In this document: positions 16,016 to 23,671 of the stretch, one piece after another
Numbering within the stretch: the stretch's first letter is position 1
Layout: each line of letters starts with the position of its first letter
Source of the DNA: Clostridia bacterium
GTDB lineage: Bacteria > Bacillota > Clostridia > CAKSNL01 > HGM11501
Length of the DNA: 23,671 bases
Direction: 5' to 3'
NCBI GenBank assembly: GCA_045545475.1
Contig: JAZQAZ010000006.1
Location: 1 to 23,671, forward strand
Position numbers and translations under genes: made by a program
Notes under the pieces: generated by a model
Told to the model about the DNA's origin: nothing
The model's database searches: none
The model's input: the letters and a program-made list of their open reading frames with translations, nothing else

Positions 16016-16609
16016 TTAACCTCCCATGGAAGACTGAAGATCATTTGCTGCATCTTCAAGGCCGCCGAGGATAGCATTGGTAAACTCTCCGTCCATTTCA
16101 ACTCCCCATTCGCCATCTGCTTTTACAACGCTCACTGTATCTTCAATGGTAATCATAGCCAGATCTTCCTTGGATATGCATTCTAAAAAGATTTCCATCA
16201 TTTTCGCATTAGTTTCTTCTTCGGTGGTTTCTTCCGAACCCATGGTGGAAAACGCATACTGTAAAGCCGCCACAAAGAACTCACTCATTACAGGCTTCAT
16301 GTCAATGTTAGTTATGCTTACACTGACATTCACGGTGTTTTCATCAACTTCTTCGGAGCCGATAATTTCATATTCCATTCTACTTACTAAATTTTCTGCA
16401 AAAAGTGCTGCTTCTTCATCAAAAATTGAATCCTCATTTGCTCCTCCGGAAATATACTCTGCCGCTTCTTCAAAATCGGCATTCTTCATTTCGTCAAGCA
16501 AAGCTGTTACAGCTTTTTCTGCCTGAGCCGTAGGAGAGCATCCTGCAAATGCAAAAAGCATAATACCTGCCAGCAATACCGCCATTAATCTTTTCATTGT
16601 GTTTTTCAT
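16016..16609 (-). CDS. Acidic lipoprotein of unknown function
   Basis: Signal peptide MKNTMKRLMAVLLAGIMLFAFAG-C with lipobox. AAGGAG RBS. Confidence 0.85.
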   Translation of the reverse strand: MKNTMKRLMAVLLAGIMLFAFAGCSPTAQAEKAVTALLDEMKNADFEEAAEYISGGANEDSIFDEEAALFAENLVSRMEYEIIGSEEVDENTVNVSVSITNIDMKPVMSEFFVAALQYAFSTMGSEETTEEETNAKMMEIFLECISKEDLAMITIEDTVSVVKADGEWGVEMDGEFTNAILGGLEDAANDLQSSMGG

Positions 16610-16625
16610 AGTATTACTCCTTTAA

Positions 16626-16853
16626 TTAAAATTTTTTCTCACCGGATAAAATCATCATCTTATCCGCTTTTTTCTCAATTTCGGGTTTTACCACTTTTTC
16701 CTCCCACTCCTCGGGAAGAAAATTTTCCATTGAAACAGAAATTGCCTCCGGCGGGCATCCCCAGTATTTAAGGAAAATTTCGTTTATCTCTAAAACCACC
16801 TTTTTCTTGGTTTCCTCATCCTTTGGGTAAGCTTTAATTGCAATATAGGGCAT
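16626..16853 (-). CDS. 4-oxalocrotonate tautomerase family protein
   Basis: N-terminal catalytic Pro (MPYIAIK), 75 aa, pattern DEETKKK...WGCPPEAISVSME...W. Confidence 0.85.
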   Translation of the reverse strand: MPYIAIKAYPKDEETKKKVVLEINEIFLKYWGCPPEAISVSMENFLPEEWEEKVVKPEIEKKADKMMILSGEKKF

Positions 16854-16870
16854 ATATTATTCTCCTTTCT

Positions 16871-17653
16871 TTATCTCTTTTTATAATCCTTCGGAGACAC
16901 TCCGACGGTTTTTTTAAATACAGTTGAAAAATACAAAGGATCGGTAAATCCCGAAAGCAGAGCTACGTTTTTAACCGAGTCTATTCCATGCTCTAAAAGA
17001 GAGACCGCATATTTGATTCTTAAATTACGAAGATGCTCGGAATATCCTATTCCCATCTTCTCCTTAAAAAGGTGGGAAATGTATTTTGAATTATATGATA
17101 GTTCAGAAGCGAGAGCTGTAACCGAAAGCTCAGGGTCTGTGAAATTTTCCTCCGTAAGCGTAAGAATCTTATTTATAATGGTATTTCTCTCATCGTTGTC
17201 CACCACTATACGGGAAAAGGTATAAAGTAAGATTCCTTCCGACACAAGGTCTAAATTAATCTCCGATGCCCTGCATAAGGAATCGTGCCAGAGAGGAATT
17301 ATCCCTTCAAAACCCGTAAATATACGGTTTAACTTATTAATACAAAACCTCGCAAAAAGAGCTTCGGCTCTTGCTCCTCCGAAATCTATATACATATATT
17401 CGGTGTTTTCCCCCGCATTGACGCTGAATTTCTCTTCGCTGAAGGCAAAGATAAGGCTTCCCGCATTGAAGGGATATTCCATATCGTCAATTTTAACCTT
17501 TCCGCTCCCCTGTCTTATGAGCGTCATACGATGGTATTTAAGCTCCAGCTCTCTTTTCATAACTTCAGGTGAGGTCTCGTATATGAAACGGTGAGTATCT
17601 ATTTTTTCTACTGAGGATTCTTCAATGAATTTGCATATATTTTTCTCTTTCAT
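16871..17653 (-). CDS. AraC-family transcriptional regulator
   Basis: N-terminal cupin-like domain, C-terminal double HTH (YISHLFK...VALLSGFTDPLYFSTVFKKTVGVSPKDY). Confidence 0.93.
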   Translation of the reverse strand: MKEKNICKFIEESSVEKIDTHRFIYETSPEVMKRELELKYHRMTLIRQGSGKVKIDDMEYPFNAGSLIFAFSEEKFSVNAGENTEYMYIDFGGARAEALFARFCINKLNRIFTGFEGIIPLWHDSLCRASEINLDLVSEGILLYTFSRIVVDNDERNTIINKILTLTEENFTDPELSVTALASELSYNSKYISHLFKEKMGIGYSEHLRNLRIKYAVSLLEHGIDSVKNVALLSGFTDPLYFSTVFKKTVGVSPKDYKKR

Positions 17654-17670
17654 AACCCACCTCCTTTTTA

Positions 17671-17699
17671 AGTATAATACAACGTGCCGACAAAATCAA
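17671..17699 (-). promoter_or_regulatory. Putative sigma-A promoter of the AraC gene
   Basis: TTGATT (17699-17694), 17-nt spacer, TATACT (17676-17671). Confidence 0.55.
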
Positions 17700-17799
17700 T
17701 ACATTTCAAACTTTTTCACATAAAAAAATAGATTTTTTCTATTGTTTTAACCGTAATTTGTGATATACTTAAATTATTAAAATCGAAAGGAGCTTTATT

Positions 17800-19056
17800 A
17801 TGAGTAAAATTAAAGTTGGTATTTTTGGTGCCGGCAGAGGTATGGATATTGCAAGAAATTTCCTTCTGCTCAATGCCGATATTGTAGCAATATGCGATTT
17901 CCACGAAGAGAGACTCGCCAAGGCTTCAAAGGAGCTTGGCGACACGGTTAGTGCATACTCCGACTTCGATTCCTTTATCGAGCATGATATGGACGCAGTT
18001 ATCCTTGCTAACTTCTTCCACGAGCATACCCCTTATGCTATCCGCTGCTTTGAAAAGGGAATTCACGTATTTTCTGAGTGTATTAGTAACGGCACAATGG
18101 CAGAGGGTGTTGAACTTATCCGTGCCTTTGAAAAGAGCAATTCCATTTATTTTCTGGCAGAAAATTATCCCCAGATGATTTTTAACCGCGAAATAAAGAG
18201 AGTGGTTGACTCCGGAACGCTCGGAAGAATCCTTTATGCCGAGGGCGAATATAACCACCCCGGTGATCCCAGGGAAATAGGATTCAAGAAAACCTACAAC
18301 TACTTTCCCGGTCACTGGAGAAACTTCCTTCCCCGAACCTATTATGTAACCCATTCTCTAGGTCCCATTATGCACGCGACAGGCGCAACACCGAGGCAGG
18401 TTTCTGCTCTGGCTGTTTATGAGCCCTTCCTGGAGGACGACATTCCCACCGCATCAAGAAGCGGTGACAGAGTGGCAATAATCACCACTAAAAATGATGA
18501 CGGCTCGGTTTTCCGCTTCACCGGCTGTGCCGCCTTCGGCGGACACCATAACGCATACAGAGTTTGCGGAACTGAAGGTCAGATTGAAAACATCCACGGT
18601 ATGGGCGGCAAAATGGTGCTTCATTATAACGGATGGACCAAGCCCGAGGGAGCAGATGAAATTTCAATGTACGATGCAAAGTGGCACGATAAGGACGAAG
18701 AGCTTATTAAAAAGAGCGGCCACGGCGGTGCAGACTTCATTACCGCAAGAATGTTTTTGGAGTGTGTAAAGGAAGGTAAGCAGCCCTGCCATCCCTTCGA
18801 TATTTACTCTGCCGTTACAATGTCCTCTGTCGCAATATTAGCACACAGAAGCATGTTAAAAGGCGGAATTCCCTTTGAAATTCCCGATTTTAAAACAGAA
18901 GGTGCAAGAGTAATGTATGAAAACGACCGTCTCTCTCCTTTCCCCGGCAAAAACGGAGAAGAGCCTACACTTCCCTGCTGTTCAAAACCCGACTTCAGAC
19001 CGTCGGAGGCGCAGATGAAGCTTTTCAAAAAGGAAGTTATGGGTATAGAAGAATAA
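17800..19056 (+). CDS. Gfo/Idh/MocA-family NAD-binding oxidoreductase, GH109-like
   Basis: Rossmann GIFGAGRG, HVFSEC, AENY, YVTHSLGP, SGHGGADF. Confidence 0.88.
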   Translation: MSKIKVGIFGAGRGMDIARNFLLLNADIVAICDFHEERLAKASKELGDTVSAYSDFDSFIEHDMDAVILANFFHEHTPYAIRCFEKGIHVFSECISNGTMAEGVELIRAFEKSNSIYFLAENYPQMIFNREIKRVVDSGTLGRILYAEGEYNHPGDPREIGFKKTYNYFPGHWRNFLPRTYYVTHSLGPIMHATGATPRQVSALAVYEPFLEDDIPTASRSGDRVAIITTKNDDGSVFRFTGCAAFGGHHNAYRVCGTEGQIENIHGMGGKMVLHYNGWTKPEGADEISMYDAKWHDKDEELIKKSGHGGADFITARMFLECVKEGKQPCHPFDIYSAVTMSSVAILAHRSMLKGGIPFEIPDFKTEGARVMYENDRLSPFPGKNGEEPTLPCCSKPDFRPSEAQMKLFKKEVMGIEE

Positions 19057-19058
19057 TT

Positions 19059-19091
19059 AAAAGGTGTGTGGCAAATGCCACACACCTTTTT
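19059..19091. terminator. Bidirectional terminator
   Basis: AAAAGGTGTGTGGCA-AA-TGCCACACACCTTTT between convergent genes. Confidence 0.88.
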
Positions 19092-19868
19092 TCACGCCTT
19101 ATTGATATCTTTTTTTAGCCAATCAAATACGTATTTAATATATTCATCCCAGAACACCCAGCTGTGAGTTCCTTCCGACTCTCTGAAAGTATAGTCATAG
19201 GAAAGGCCTTCAAAGCATTCCTTGAGGCGGATGTTTTCAGCATAAAGGCCGTCCTTTGTGCCGACACCCATAAATATCCTGGGTTTTATTTCGCACTTGT
19301 CGGTTTTCTTTGCAAGGTAAAATAAATCGTCATCCTCAGGAATGTCGATATTTTCTCCGTAAACAGCCTTAAGCGGAACACTGAAGGTTTCCTTTCGCAT
19401 CATAATATCCGCAACGCTCGAAAGACCTGCGGCAGCGGCATAGCATTCGGGATTCTTAAGGGCAATTTTGAGTGCTCCGTATCCGCCCATAGAAAGGCCG
19501 GCGATGAAATTATCCTCTCTTTTTTCAGATATGTTAAAGAAGTTTCTCATAAGAAGCGGAAGCTCCTTTGCTATATATGAATAATACTTTCCGCCGTGAA
19601 CCATATCGGAATAAAAGCTTCTGTCACCAAATGGCATAATAACAGCAATACCGTGTGCTTCGGCATAACGCTCAACGGAGGTTCTTCGAAGCCATATCGT
19701 ATGGTCATCGCTTAAGCCGTGAAGAAGGTATAAGCATTTAAATTTTCCGGTAGTTTCAGCCTTTTCCACACCGATTTCACCTGTTGTAGCATTTTGCGGA
19801 ATTATGGCATAAACCGTGGTCTGAAGCCCTAAAGCTCTGCTAAATAAATGAAGTTCGCAAAAAGCCAT
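19092..19868 (-). CDS. Alpha/beta-hydrolase esterase (tributyrin esterase / S-formylglutathione hydrolase-like)
   Basis: LYLLHGLSDD, nucleophile GLSMGG, GTKD, HSWVFW triad motifs. Confidence 0.9.
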   Translation of the reverse strand: MAFCELHLFSRALGLQTTVYAIIPQNATTGEIGVEKAETTGKFKCLYLLHGLSDDHTIWLRRTSVERYAEAHGIAVIMPFGDRSFYSDMVHGGKYYSYIAKELPLLMRNFFNISEKREDNFIAGLSMGGYGALKIALKNPECYAAAAGLSSVADIMMRKETFSVPLKAVYGENIDIPEDDDLFYLAKKTDKCEIKPRIFMGVGTKDGLYAENIRLKECFEGLSYDYTFRESEGTHSWVFWDEYIKYVFDWLKKDINKA

Positions 19869-19873
19869 TTATA

Positions 19874-20845
19874 TCACTCCTTTGTATCTGCGGGATAATG
19901 TATTTTGCACTGTTTTCTTATCTCGTCCATCTGCTCTAAAATCTTTATACTTGAAGCTAAGGGATGAATGTCGCTTTCGGTTTTACCTTCCCTTATGCAG
20001 TTGCAGCATTCTGTAATTTCTTCTTCAAAGCCTTCGCCAATCATGGGTGCAAAAATTTTTTCGCCTGCTACGGTAAGCTCGCTTGCTCCGTAAAAGCAGG
20101 GCATATAAATCCTGCCCTTCGTTCCGTAGATGATTCCGTCGGCTGGTTTCGAAAGCCTGGTTGCGGAAGAAATTTTCGCAATAGCTCCGCTCTCATATTT
20201 TAACAGAACTTCCATGACTGTGTCAACACCGTCTTCAATTTTTGCGGCAGATTTTATTTCGACGGGATTTTCTCCGAAGAAAACGGATGCGAAATGAAGA
20301 CCGTAAACGCCAACGTCCAAAAGGGAGCCTCCCGCCATATTGACGTTAAACAGATTCGGCTCGTCCGCTTTTTCGGTACGGTAACAAAAGTCCGCCGAAA
20401 GCTCCATAGCCTCGCCGATTTTACCCTCCGATACCGCCTTAACGGCCTCTTTTGTTGCAGGAAGGAATTTTGTCCACATAGCTTCCATCAAAAATACTCC
20501 GTTTTTCTTGGCACAAGAAGCAACCTCTTTTGCCTCATCGGCATTTACGCAGAGGGGCTTTTCACATAAAACAGGCTTTTTCGCATTTAAGAAAATTTCC
20601 GCACAGCTTTTATGAAAAGGATGTGCCGTTGCAACATAAACCGCATCAACCACACCTGATGATGCCATTTCCTCATAGCTTGTAAAAACGTTTTCAATGT
20701 CGTATTTTTCACCGAAGGCTCTTCCTCTTTCCTCACTTCGGGATGCTACTGCAGCAAGGGTTGCACCTTTAACATTTTCAACTGCTTTTGCAAATTTATT
20801 TGCAATTCCGCCTGCTCCAGCGATTCCCCAGCGTATGTTTTTCAT
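19874..20845 (-). CDS. Gfo/Idh/MocA-family oxidoreductase
   Basis: WGIAGAGGIA, VLCEKP, MEAMWT, GGSLLDVGVY. Confidence 0.93.
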   Translation of the reverse strand: MKNIRWGIAGAGGIANKFAKAVENVKGATLAAVASRSEERGRAFGEKYDIENVFTSYEEMASSGVVDAVYVATAHPFHKSCAEIFLNAKKPVLCEKPLCVNADEAKEVASCAKKNGVFLMEAMWTKFLPATKEAVKAVSEGKIGEAMELSADFCYRTEKADEPNLFNVNMAGGSLLDVGVYGLHFASVFFGENPVEIKSAAKIEDGVDTVMEVLLKYESGAIAKISSATRLSKPADGIIYGTKGRIYMPCFYGASELTVAGEKIFAPMIGEGFEEEITECCNCIREGKTESDIHPLASSIKILEQMDEIRKQCKIHYPADTKE

Positions 20846-20865
20846 AAAAATTCCTCCTTACGAAA

Positions 20866-20905
20866 ACAGCTGAACAAAAATGCCGGGGCATATTTGTACA
20901 GCTGT
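20866..20905. other. Long imperfect hairpin just upstream of the oxidoreductase RBS
   Basis: ACAGCTG.ACAAA.ATGCC-GG-GGCAT.TTTGT.CAGCTGT, followed by a short T run on the minus strand. Confidence 0.65.
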
Positions 20906-20928
20906 AAAAATTCCGTCAGTAGTATCCG

Positions 20929-21043
20929 GGCAGATAAAAAAGAGTCAGAATGAACAAACTTTGCCCGTATGGGCAATAGCCCGAAGCTGTATGAGATACA
21001 GCGAGTGGCAAAGTTTGTTTATAGCAAGAAACTTTTTTCTGCC
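20929..21043. ncRNA. Unidentified structured intergenic element (long stem capped by a three-way junction)
   Basis: 16-bp stem 20950-20965/21007-21022, hairpins GGGC-AATA-GCCC and GCTGTAT-GAG-ATACAGC, basal stem GGCAGA/TCTGCC. Whether it acts as RNA or DNA is unknown. Confidence 0.55.
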
Positions 21044-21144
21044 AACAGAATAGTTATCCAAAAGCTTTGCTCTATTTTATTTAATGTTATTTTTTTCTGT
21101 ATAAAACACTTTTCTTGCGGTCTGAACTTTTTTAGCGACCGGAA

Positions 21145-22365
21145 TTATCTTATACCGTAGTTTTCGATAATATAGTCCATATCCTTATCTCCACGGCCGG
21201 AAAGGTTAATTAACACAGAGCCGTGATCCATTCTCTTTGCAAGCTTCATACCGAAAGCAACTGCGTGAGCACTTTCGATTGCAGGAATGATGCCCTCTAA
21301 GCGAGAAAGCTTGTAGAATGCATCGATGGTTTCTTCATCATCTATAACATCATACTTAACTCTGCCCATTTCCTGTAAGAATGCGTGCTCGGGACCGCTT
21401 GAAGGATAGTCAAGACCGCTGGCAACAGAGTATACGGGAGCGGGCTCGCCGTTTTCGTCCTTAAGCATTATACTGTTAAAGCCGTGCATAATACCCTCTG
21501 TACCGTACTTAAGGCTTGCTGCATGATCGCCAAGCTTTTCTCCTCTTCCCAGGGGTTCAATTCCGTATATGTCAACTGGATCGTTTAAGAATCCTGCAAA
21601 AAGACCTGCTGCATTGCTTCCGCCGCCTACACAAGCAACGATGGAATTGGGAAGGTGACCTGTCATTTCAATAAACTGCTCTCTCGCCTCAATACCAACA
21701 ACGCTTTGGAAGTCTCTTACCATCATGGGGAAAGGATGGGGGCCAAGCACTGAGCCGATGCAGTAAATCGCATCGTTATATTCCTTACTGTATGCATCAA
21801 ACGCCGCGTCAACCGCTTCCTTAAGAGTCTGAAGACCTTCAGTTACTTCGATTACGTTTGCGCCTAATATCTTCATTCTTGCAACGTTGGGTGCCTGCTT
21901 CTTTATGTCAACCGCACCCATATAAATATCGCATTCAAGGCCGAAATATGCCGCAGCTGTTGCAAGAGCAACACCGTGCTGACCTGCACCTGTTTCTGCA
22001 ATTACCTTTTTCTTGCCCATGTAGGAAGCAAGAAGAGCTTCACCCATACAGTGATTTAACTTATGAGCACCAGAGTGATTCAAATCCTCTCTCTTTGCAT
22101 AAAGCTGAACCTTGCCGCCAAGAGAATCGGAAAGTCTTTCAAGGTGTGAAATGGGTGTGGGACGACCCTGGAATTCTTTTCTTATTCTTCTGAGTTCCGC
22201 AATGAACTTTCTTGACTGGCAGATAGAGAAATATGCCTCTGTAATTTCAGCCATGGCAGCCTTTAATTTATCCTCTACAAATACTCCTCCGTATTTACCG
22301 AAATATCCTTCTTTATCGGGATAATTGTTAAAATATGTGTCAAAATCTACACCGTTTAATTTCAT
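21145..22365 (-). CDS. trpB: Tryptophan synthase beta chain, stand-alone
   Basis: [20 protein letters not shown] (PLP Lys), [51 protein letters not shown]. Confidence 0.96.
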   Translation of the reverse strand: MKLNGVDFDTYFNNYPDKEGYFGKYGGVFVEDKLKAAMAEITEAYFSICQSRKFIAELRRIRKEFQGRPTPISHLERLSDSLGGKVQLYAKREDLNHSGAHKLNHCMGEALLASYMGKKKVIAETGAGQHGVALATAAAYFGLECDIYMGAVDIKKQAPNVARMKILGANVIEVTEGLQTLKEAVDAAFDAYSKEYNDAIYCIGSVLGPHPFPMMVRDFQSVVGIEAREQFIEMTGHLPNSIVACVGGGSNAAGLFAGFLNDPVDIYGIEPLGRGEKLGDHAASLKYGTEGIMHGFNSIMLKDENGEPAPVYSVASGLDYPSSGPEHAFLQEMGRVKYDVIDDEETIDAFYKLSRLEGIIPAIESAHAVAFGMKLAKRMDHGSVLINLSGRGDKDMDYIIENYGIR

Positions 22366-22408
22366 TTTAATTACTCCTTTATATAAATCTTAGTTATTTT
22401 CTTATTTA

Positions 22409-22447
22409 TTACTTTACCTTTCGCCATCGCTTTGTAAGTATAAACAT
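22409..22447 (-). CDS. Putative 12-aa leader peptide MFILTKRWRKVK
   Basis: GGAGG RBS (22458-22454) 6 nt before ATG, located between the T-box terminator and trpB. Translation unproven. Confidence 0.5.
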   Translation of the reverse strand: MFILTKRWRKVK

Positions 22448-22462
22448 ATGTAGCCTCCAAAT

Positions 22463-22710
22463 AAAAAAGTCCTTGACAGTAAAACTGTCAAGGACGAATA
22501 AACTATCCGCGGTGCCACCTTGAATTCACGGTTTTCCGTGCACTTTAAAGGATACCAACATATCCCCGACTTCTTACGCGAGTCTTGCGTCAGTGCATTT
22601 AACACTGCCCTATGGCAGCCCATATTACTCAGTGGAACTTTACGGAACTCACACCATAATCCGCTCGCTTTAAAAGCCCTTTCTGCCTTTTTTCTGCCTC
22701 AACGGTTTTA
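22463..22710 (-). promoter_or_regulatory. T-box riboswitch, Trp (UGG) specifier
   Basis: T-box AAGGTGGCACCGCG (22521-22508). Terminator GTCCTTGACAGT-TTT-ACTGTCAAGGAC-TTTTTT (22495-22463). Stem I with AGCGAG bulge, GGTGTGAG distal loop and TGG (22622-22620) just before the CTGCC helix strand. Confidence 0.93.
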
Positions 22711-22720
22711 TTTTTTTGAT

Positions 22721-22749
22721 ATTATAGCACTCTTTTATCTTTTTGTCAA
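22721..22749 (-). promoter_or_regulatory. Consensus sigma-A promoter of the T-box/trpB transcript
   Basis: TTGACA (22749-22744), 17-nt spacer, extended TGCTATAAT. Confidence 0.88.
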
Positions 22750-22781
22750 CTGTTTTTTAAGCTTATTCTCCCTTAAAACCC

Positions 22782-22810
22782 TTGACAATCAAAAGACCTT
22801 ATGCTATAAT
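22782..22810 (+). promoter_or_regulatory. Consensus sigma-A promoter of tRNA-Leu
   Basis: TTGACA (22782-22787), 17-nt spacer, extended TGCTATAAT. Confidence 0.88.
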
Positions 22811-22834
22811 ACATTGTGTTTTCAAAAAAGATAT

Positions 22835-22921
22835 GCAGGTGTGGCGGAATTGGCAGACGCGTACGGTTCAGGTCCGTATGAGAGCAATTTCATGCAGGTT
22901 CAAGTCCTGTTACCTGCACCA
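22835..22921 (+). tRNA. tRNA-Leu (anticodon CAG)
   Basis: GCAGGTG.../TACCTGC A CCA acceptor, anticodon arm TACGG-TTCAGGT-CCGTA, long variable arm, GGTTCAAGTCC T-arm. 87 nt. Confidence 0.97.
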
Positions 22922-22924
22922 AAG

Positions 22925-22956
22925 AAGAGAGCACACCCTTCGGTGTGCTCTCTTTT
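22925..22956 (+). terminator. Terminator after tRNA-Leu
   Basis: AAGAGAGCACACC-CTTC-GGTGTGCTCTCTTTT. Confidence 0.88.
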
Positions 22957-22985
22957 ACAATACTTATATTTGAAAGGGTAAAATC

Positions 22986-23528
22986 ATGAACAAAAATCTT
23001 TATAAAATCCCACTTAAATTAACCGGAGACAGACTTTTATTTATTATAATAACCTGGGTATTTTCCGTTACACTTACTGTGGTTTTAGACTTTTTAACCG
23101 GCGGAAACAGTTTTGCTATCGGAATTTATTATTCTATAGTTACGTCAATCCCCTATTTGATGCTTATATACTATGAAGCCTTTGATGTCGGTCATCTTGA
23201 GAGGAACAAAGAAAGTGCATCAATGAAAAACGGTTTCTTATACTGTCTTATCTGGCAGATACCCTCACTTATTTTCTTCGTGCTTTACCTTTTAAGCTTC
23301 ACAGGAATCCTTTCAACCCCCATTACCTCCTGGCTATTTGGCGGTATATGGCTTGCTCCCTTCATGGGGCCAAGATGGAATACTGTAGAAAATGCAAATC
23401 TTATCCAGTACATCGTCTTTATGGCTTCAGAATGGGGATTTTTCCTTGTTTCTTACTATATGGGAATGAAGGACATAGTGTTAATAAAGCCCAAAAAGAA
23501 AAAAAGTTCAGGAAATATGAAAAAATAA
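22986..23528 (+). CDS. Hypothetical integral membrane protein
   Basis: About 4-5 hydrophobic segments, Lys-rich tail, GAAAGGG RBS. Confidence 0.8.
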   Translation: MNKNLYKIPLKLTGDRLLFIIITWVFSVTLTVVLDFLTGGNSFAIGIYYSIVTSIPYLMLIYYEAFDVGHLERNKESASMKNGFLYCLIWQIPSLIFFVLYLLSFTGILSTPITSWLFGGIWLAPFMGPRWNTVENANLIQYIVFMASEWGFFLVSYYMGMKDIVLIKPKKKKSSGNMKK

Positions 23529-23530
23529 TA

Positions 23531-23565
23531 AAAAAGGGGCTGTAAAATAATTACAGCCCCTTTTT
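23531..23565 (+). terminator. Intrinsic terminator-like hairpin
   Basis: AAAAAGGGGCTGTAA-AATAA-TTACAGCCCCTTTTT. Confidence 0.8.
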
Positions 23566-23581
23566 CAGGAGATAGGAAAAA

Positions 23582-23671
23582 ATGCTTCAGAACGGACAAA
23601 CTGAATTGAGAAAGTCTGTTTACAGACTTTTCGAAAGTTACCCGAAGGCGTATATAGATACGTTGAGGGTG
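23582..23671 (+). CDS. 5' end of a gene running off the right edge (MLQNGQTELRKSVYRLFESYPKAYIDTLRV...)
   Basis: AGGAGA/AGGA RBS before ATG 23582, open to the window end. Product unknown. Confidence 0.55.
   Translation, partial: MLQNGQTELRKSVYRLFESYPKAYIDTLRV

Noticed and set aside
15235-19078. Recurrent GCAAATGC/GCATTTG in three hairpins (about 15274, 15976 and 19071)
   Set aside because: Short, and in different structural positions (stem versus loop-spanning); compatible with chance.
20950-21022. Hammerhead ribozyme or purine riboswitch call for the three-way junction
   Set aside because: It lacks the CUGANGA/GAAA core and the purine-riboswitch junction and loop nucleotides on either strand.
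20969-21160. 63-aa ORF on the plus strand
   Set aside because: No RBS, starts inside the structured element and overlaps the trpB end on the opposite strand.
22414-22981. ORFs 22414..22623(-), 22520..22981(+) and 22782..22973(+)
   Set aside because: They run across the T-box leader, promoters and tRNA-Leu.
628-23545. Numerous antisense or nested ORFs in the six-frame track (e.g. 628..900, 1389..1757, 1770..2243, 5308..5790, 8038..8442, 16077..16526, 17926..18354)
   Set aside because: Shadow ORFs of well-supported genes, with no RBS or recognisable motifs.

Overview
Chromosomal window from a Clostridia-type Firmicute. This is inferred from the SCIFF system, T-box leader, CwlD-like amidase and near-consensus sigma-A promoters. 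Bases 1-~4868 are a visibly AT-rich integrative element, truncated on the left, encoding a DUF2815 ssDNA-binding protein, a YfjI/DUF3987 ATPase, two small ORFs and a large serine recombinase. It abuts the 3' end of tRNA-Pro(CGG). The most unusual structure lies between that tRNA and its promoter: two tandem 98-bp units, each carrying the first 23 nt of the tRNA, with att-like dyad symmetry at the junction. The rest is mostly core genome: ABC transporter, radA, amidase, typA, PLP decarboxylase, scfA/scfB, asnA, a pnuC-like gene behind a guanidine-IV riboswitch, an AraC/oxidoreductase/esterase cluster, a stand-alone trpB and tRNA-Leu(CAG). trpB has a Trp T-box followed by a Trp-containing mini-ORF. 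An unexplained, highly structured intergenic element lies at about 20.87-21.04 kb. All family calls come from motif recognition by eye; no database searches were run.
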